DNA of 60,530 nucleotides, the filler included, from Aduncisulcus paluster (lineage: Eukaryota): NCBI GenBank assembly GCA_024181965.1. It is 5 parts of 5 records of this genome, joined end to end, with 100 filler letters (N's around TTAATTAATTAA, not from the genome) between each part and the next. Parts side by side here need not be neighbours in the genome. Positions count along the whole stretch, not along the records: positions 51,394 to 60,530 come from BQXS01010832.1; 4 more parts are not named here. The stretch is one strand, 5' to 3'. Below are positions 57,402 through 60,530 of this stretch, one piece after another. Numbering within the stretch: position 1 is the first letter of the stretch; each line of letters starts with the position of its first letter. The notes below the pieces were generated by a model. The model worked only from the letters and a program-made list of their open reading frames with translations. It did not search any database and had not been told where the DNA came from. The position numbers and the translations under genes were made by a program.

Positions 57402-57955
57402 CGCCTGAAAAGAACAAACGAATCGATTTTATTGGTTTTTAGATATATTTTCTCTTGCTCAGAAATCAAAGTTCTCAAAACCCGTTTGAGAATCTCTTTC
57501 CGGGACAATACATTGAATGCATTGCATTCGACTTCCATTTCCAACTCATAGGCCCTACGACATAGGGATTTTGTCCAACAATCTAGAATAAAGACCCCGG
57601 AAATAAAAACAGGTACTTTTTTTTTTATCATTCTTCAATATTAGCATTTCATACCATTTCTTGATTTTATAAAGCTGTATATAATGAAAAAACTTTTTAC
57701 CGTTGAACGGAATTGAACTCTAGCTCGTTAATCAAGAAATTACTTCGCAAATTAATAGAGTAGAATCTCTAAAATACCCATAATGTTCTTGAAGAACATC
57801 GGGGAGAAAGAAAATGGATCTTCGAAGACTGAGTCAGTTGAGGAAAGAACAATAGAACCCGGTCCTGAAGGACCTTCACATATCACGGAATCGCTCTTGG
57901 ATTAATTGCTGATAATAATAATATTATTATTCGTCTATGTCTGCTTCTAGTTTTT

Positions 57956-60529
57956 TCAGGATGAATATATCCATTCATCAACATTGGAATCAATGGCAGA
58001 AAACATAGAATCACAAATTCTAACAATTGAGCCGAGAAGAGTCAATCGAACGATGCTCAAAGATTGCTGTTGGGTTTTGGAATTCATGTTATTGCAACAG
58101 AGACTCCGTCGACATTCGTTCTGACAAACCTTTCTCCATCTGCGCATGGATTCAGTCATCCAGCTCCATTTTCCACTGATATACATAGGAAGAGATGGCG
58201 AGGAATCTTGGAGAGAACGAGAAGGGGTTTTAACACCCGTGTGTCCTGTCAAATGAAGAATCTTCACTCCTTGTGATCCCCAAGAGGTCAGAATACCCAC
58301 AAGAGCAACAAGGATATGGAGTGGAGAAAAAACTGTATGCTTATTGAAAGCATTTGAAATGGCCCGAATGCGTTGTTCAATAAGAGAAACAGAGAGAGGT
58401 TGAGTACGAAAAGAGGCTGAACCGTCTCGATCAACCATGAGAAGCGGAGAGAGTGAAGAGAAAAAGGGGAGCATCAAACGGAAGGAAGAATCGGAGATGG
58501 AAGCAAGAACGGAAGGAACGGCGGTAGTGCGTGAAGGAGATTTAACAGATTGAGAGGAATGTCGTGGTATTTTTCTGATCCTGGTATCACCATCACTTTC
58601 TTGCTCTTCAATTTCTTCAATCTCTTGTTCCATTTCTTTTTCAGAACCTTCTTCTTTCTCTATGCTTTGGTCGTGATTTTCCTCATTTCTATCATCGGAT
58701 TCAGAAGATTTGGGAGGATGATCTCGAATATGTTGCTCAATAAGTAACTCTGCTCGAAGCATCAGACGTTGGCGCATAATCTGACTATTCATAGGAACTT
58801 GGCGCCTGGAATATCTTTTCTTGAATTTCTGTTGTCGTTTTTCTTGGATCCAATTCATCACAATTTGAATATTCTTCTCACATTCACCGCATGATAACCA
58901 CATCTCTTTACCATAACACCGTACAATCACTTCATAGGTCACACAGGAGGAAACAGAACTAAATAATGGTAATGTGGGAATTGACGGTTGATGTTGATGT
59001 GATGGGGATGAGATAGTGTTACATTTTGACTCTGAATCAAGGACATGTGAGGGTATAAGGCCACAAGAAGAAGGATTCTGAAGTAAAAGAGAGCTTGAGT
59101 GTGACATGAGAAAGGAAGACAATATATCAATCGAAAAGGATTGAATGGTTAGGGGATGAAAAGAAGGGAATGGAAACGTTGGGAGGTCGCATAAACCAGA
59201 ATCGGATAAATACTCAACTGAAGCTCTTGATTTCATCGAAACATCTGGATGGATCCGAACAACACATCTATTACAGAGAAAATCAATGGAATAATTCCAC
59301 ATTAATAGCGTGTATATAACAAGATCATTTCCAAATCCAAAAATAGAAAAGTGAGAAAGACTCATTGTTAAAGCTAAATATAGCATTATTATTATATGAT
59401 GAGAAACAGTTCCAATTTCTTGAAGTGCTTCGGCAATCACGGAGCATATATGGGAAGGAATATAGGGCAAAGAAGAGAAAGGAGTAGTTCCGAAAAGGTG
59501 TGAAGAATCTAACGTTGAATCCATATTATTGTTGGCATGCCGAGTTGAATGCTGTGAATACGAACTGTAATACGAATAATATGATCCAGAAGAAGAGCTA
59601 TTTGAAGGACTTCCAGCAATCGAACTCTTCAATGTTCTCCTACCATCGTCTTCTTCTTCCTCCTCCTTCACTTGAACAGTGTTTGGCCCACCACCGAAAG
59701 AGGGTGCAAACACTGAAGCACCCTGTTGTTCACTCCAACCACTTCCTCCTTCAATGACATCACACACAACACACGATAGAATTAATGAAAGAGAATGGGT
59801 CATGTCACGGAGGTTTATAATTAGATGAGAAACAGAATTGAGAAACAAAGACACAAATGAGCATATAAGAGGATACATGTTCAGTGAAGGTGAGAAAAGA
59901 GATGTGAGGGAGCTTGATGGAGCGATTGGTGAGGAAAATGAAGGAGGCAACAGGAGAGAAACAACCGATAATTCATCTTCTGTCGAGATATTTCGACCAT
60001 CTGACGATGTATTTTGCATTAGTTTCTTCCAGCGGTCTTCCTCTCCTTTCTTCCCTTTGACATATTTCTTATAGTTTATCAAGAATAATTCTTTCCTATT
60101 GCACCATCCCCCACAGCCCCATTCAATTTCTGTTCTTTGACTGGATGACAATGAGAAAGGAATTGAGAGAGGATGTGACTTATCCTTGGCTCGAATAAAA
60201 TGAACTTTGGAAGCTTGACCATGCCGACGTCCTTGAGATCTTGTCTGATGTTCACACAATGGAAGGTCTGGATACAATTTATCTCCTTTCTCCTTGGATG
60301 ATTCTGTCCCTTCTCTACTCTTTTTCTTCTTTCTTCTTTTCCTTTGATACCCACACATATCTGCAACCACAATGGCTTGAGCTGAGACAGACATGGGAGC
60401 AGCAATAGAGAAGGAAGAGAGAAGGGACGTGAAAGGAGAGGGACACTTTGGAGAAGGACATGATGGAGAACTCTTTGAAAAGGAAGAAGAAGAAGAGGAG
60501 GAGGAAGAGGAAGAAGAAGAAGAGGAGGA
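57956..60529 (-). CDS. Ser-rich hypothetical protein (5' truncated by window edge)
   Basis: 812-aa ORF whose frame stays open to the window end (poly-Ser). No family recognised. Confidence 0.65.
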   Translation of the reverse strand, partial: SSSSSSSSSSSSSSSSFSKSSPSCPSPKCPSPFTSLLSSFSIAAPMSVSAQAIVVADMCGYQRKRRKKKKSREGTESSKEKGDKLYPDLPLCEHQTRSQGRRHGQASKVHFIRAKDKSHPLSIPFSLSSSQRTEIEWGCGGWCNRKELFLINYKKYVKGKKGEEDRWKKLMQNTSSDGRNISTEDELSVVSLLLPPSFSSPIAPSSSLTSLFSPSLNMYPLICSFVSLFLNSVSHLIINLRDMTHSLSLILSCVVCDVIEGGSGWSEQQGASVFAPSFGGGPNTVQVKEEEEEDDGRRTLKSSIAGSPSNSSSSGSYYSYYSSYSQHSTRHANNNMDSTLDSSHLFGTTPFSSLPYIPSHICSVIAEALQEIGTVSHHIIIMLYLALTMSLSHFSIFGFGNDLVIYTLLMWNYSIDFLCNRCVVRIHPDVSMKSRASVEYLSDSGLCDLPTFPFPSFHPLTIQSFSIDILSSFLMSHSSSLLLQNPSSCGLIPSHVLDSESKCNTISSPSHQHQPSIPTLPLFSSVSSCVTYEVIVRCYGKEMWLSCGECEKNIQIVMNWIQEKRQQKFKKRYSRRQVPMNSQIMRQRLMLRAELLIEQHIRDHPPKSSESDDRNEENHDQSIEKEEGSEKEMEQEIEEIEEQESDGDTRIRKIPRHSSQSVKSPSRTTAVPSVLASISDSSFRLMLPFFSSLSPLLMVDRDGSASFRTQPLSVSLIEQRIRAISNAFNKHTVFSPLHILVALVGILTSWGSQGVKILHLTGHTGVKTPSRSLQDSSPSLPMYISGKWSWMTESMRRWRKVCQNECRRSLCCNNMNSKTQQQSLSIVRLTLLGSIVRICDSMFSAIDSNVDEWIYSS

Positions 60530-60530
60530 G

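Overview
AT-rich, gene-dense eukaryotic (protist) DNA made of five contigs or scaffolds. They are joined by four artificial 100-nt linkers (44 N + TTAATTAATTAA + 44 N), so adjacency across linkers means nothing. Three internal 20-N gaps have duplicated flanks and split real genes. Standard genetic code, few short 5'-biased introns with GTATGT donors, an axonemal dynein and very short intergenic spacers suggest a free-living metamonad flagellate (Aduncisulcus/Carpediemonas-like; this is inference). Housekeeping genes: USP deubiquitinase, two TBC Rab-GAPs, RPB7-like, THUMP/Tan1-like, GPN3, calcineurin B, dynamitin-like, sirtuin, PIMT, a TPR protein, LSM5, dynein heavy chain, tRNA-Thr(AGT) and tRNA-Gly(GCC). 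Accessory content: a giant LRR/EGF membrane protein, a gag-like fragment, and an unrecognised ~150-aa domain present five times, either fused to a divergent kinase, tandem, or frameshifted. Best leads: a ~390-nt hairpin cluster with a repeated TGAGAACT motif behind the THUMP gene, a structured element behind tRNA-Gly, the domain-kinase family, and an orphan FKBP terminal exon.
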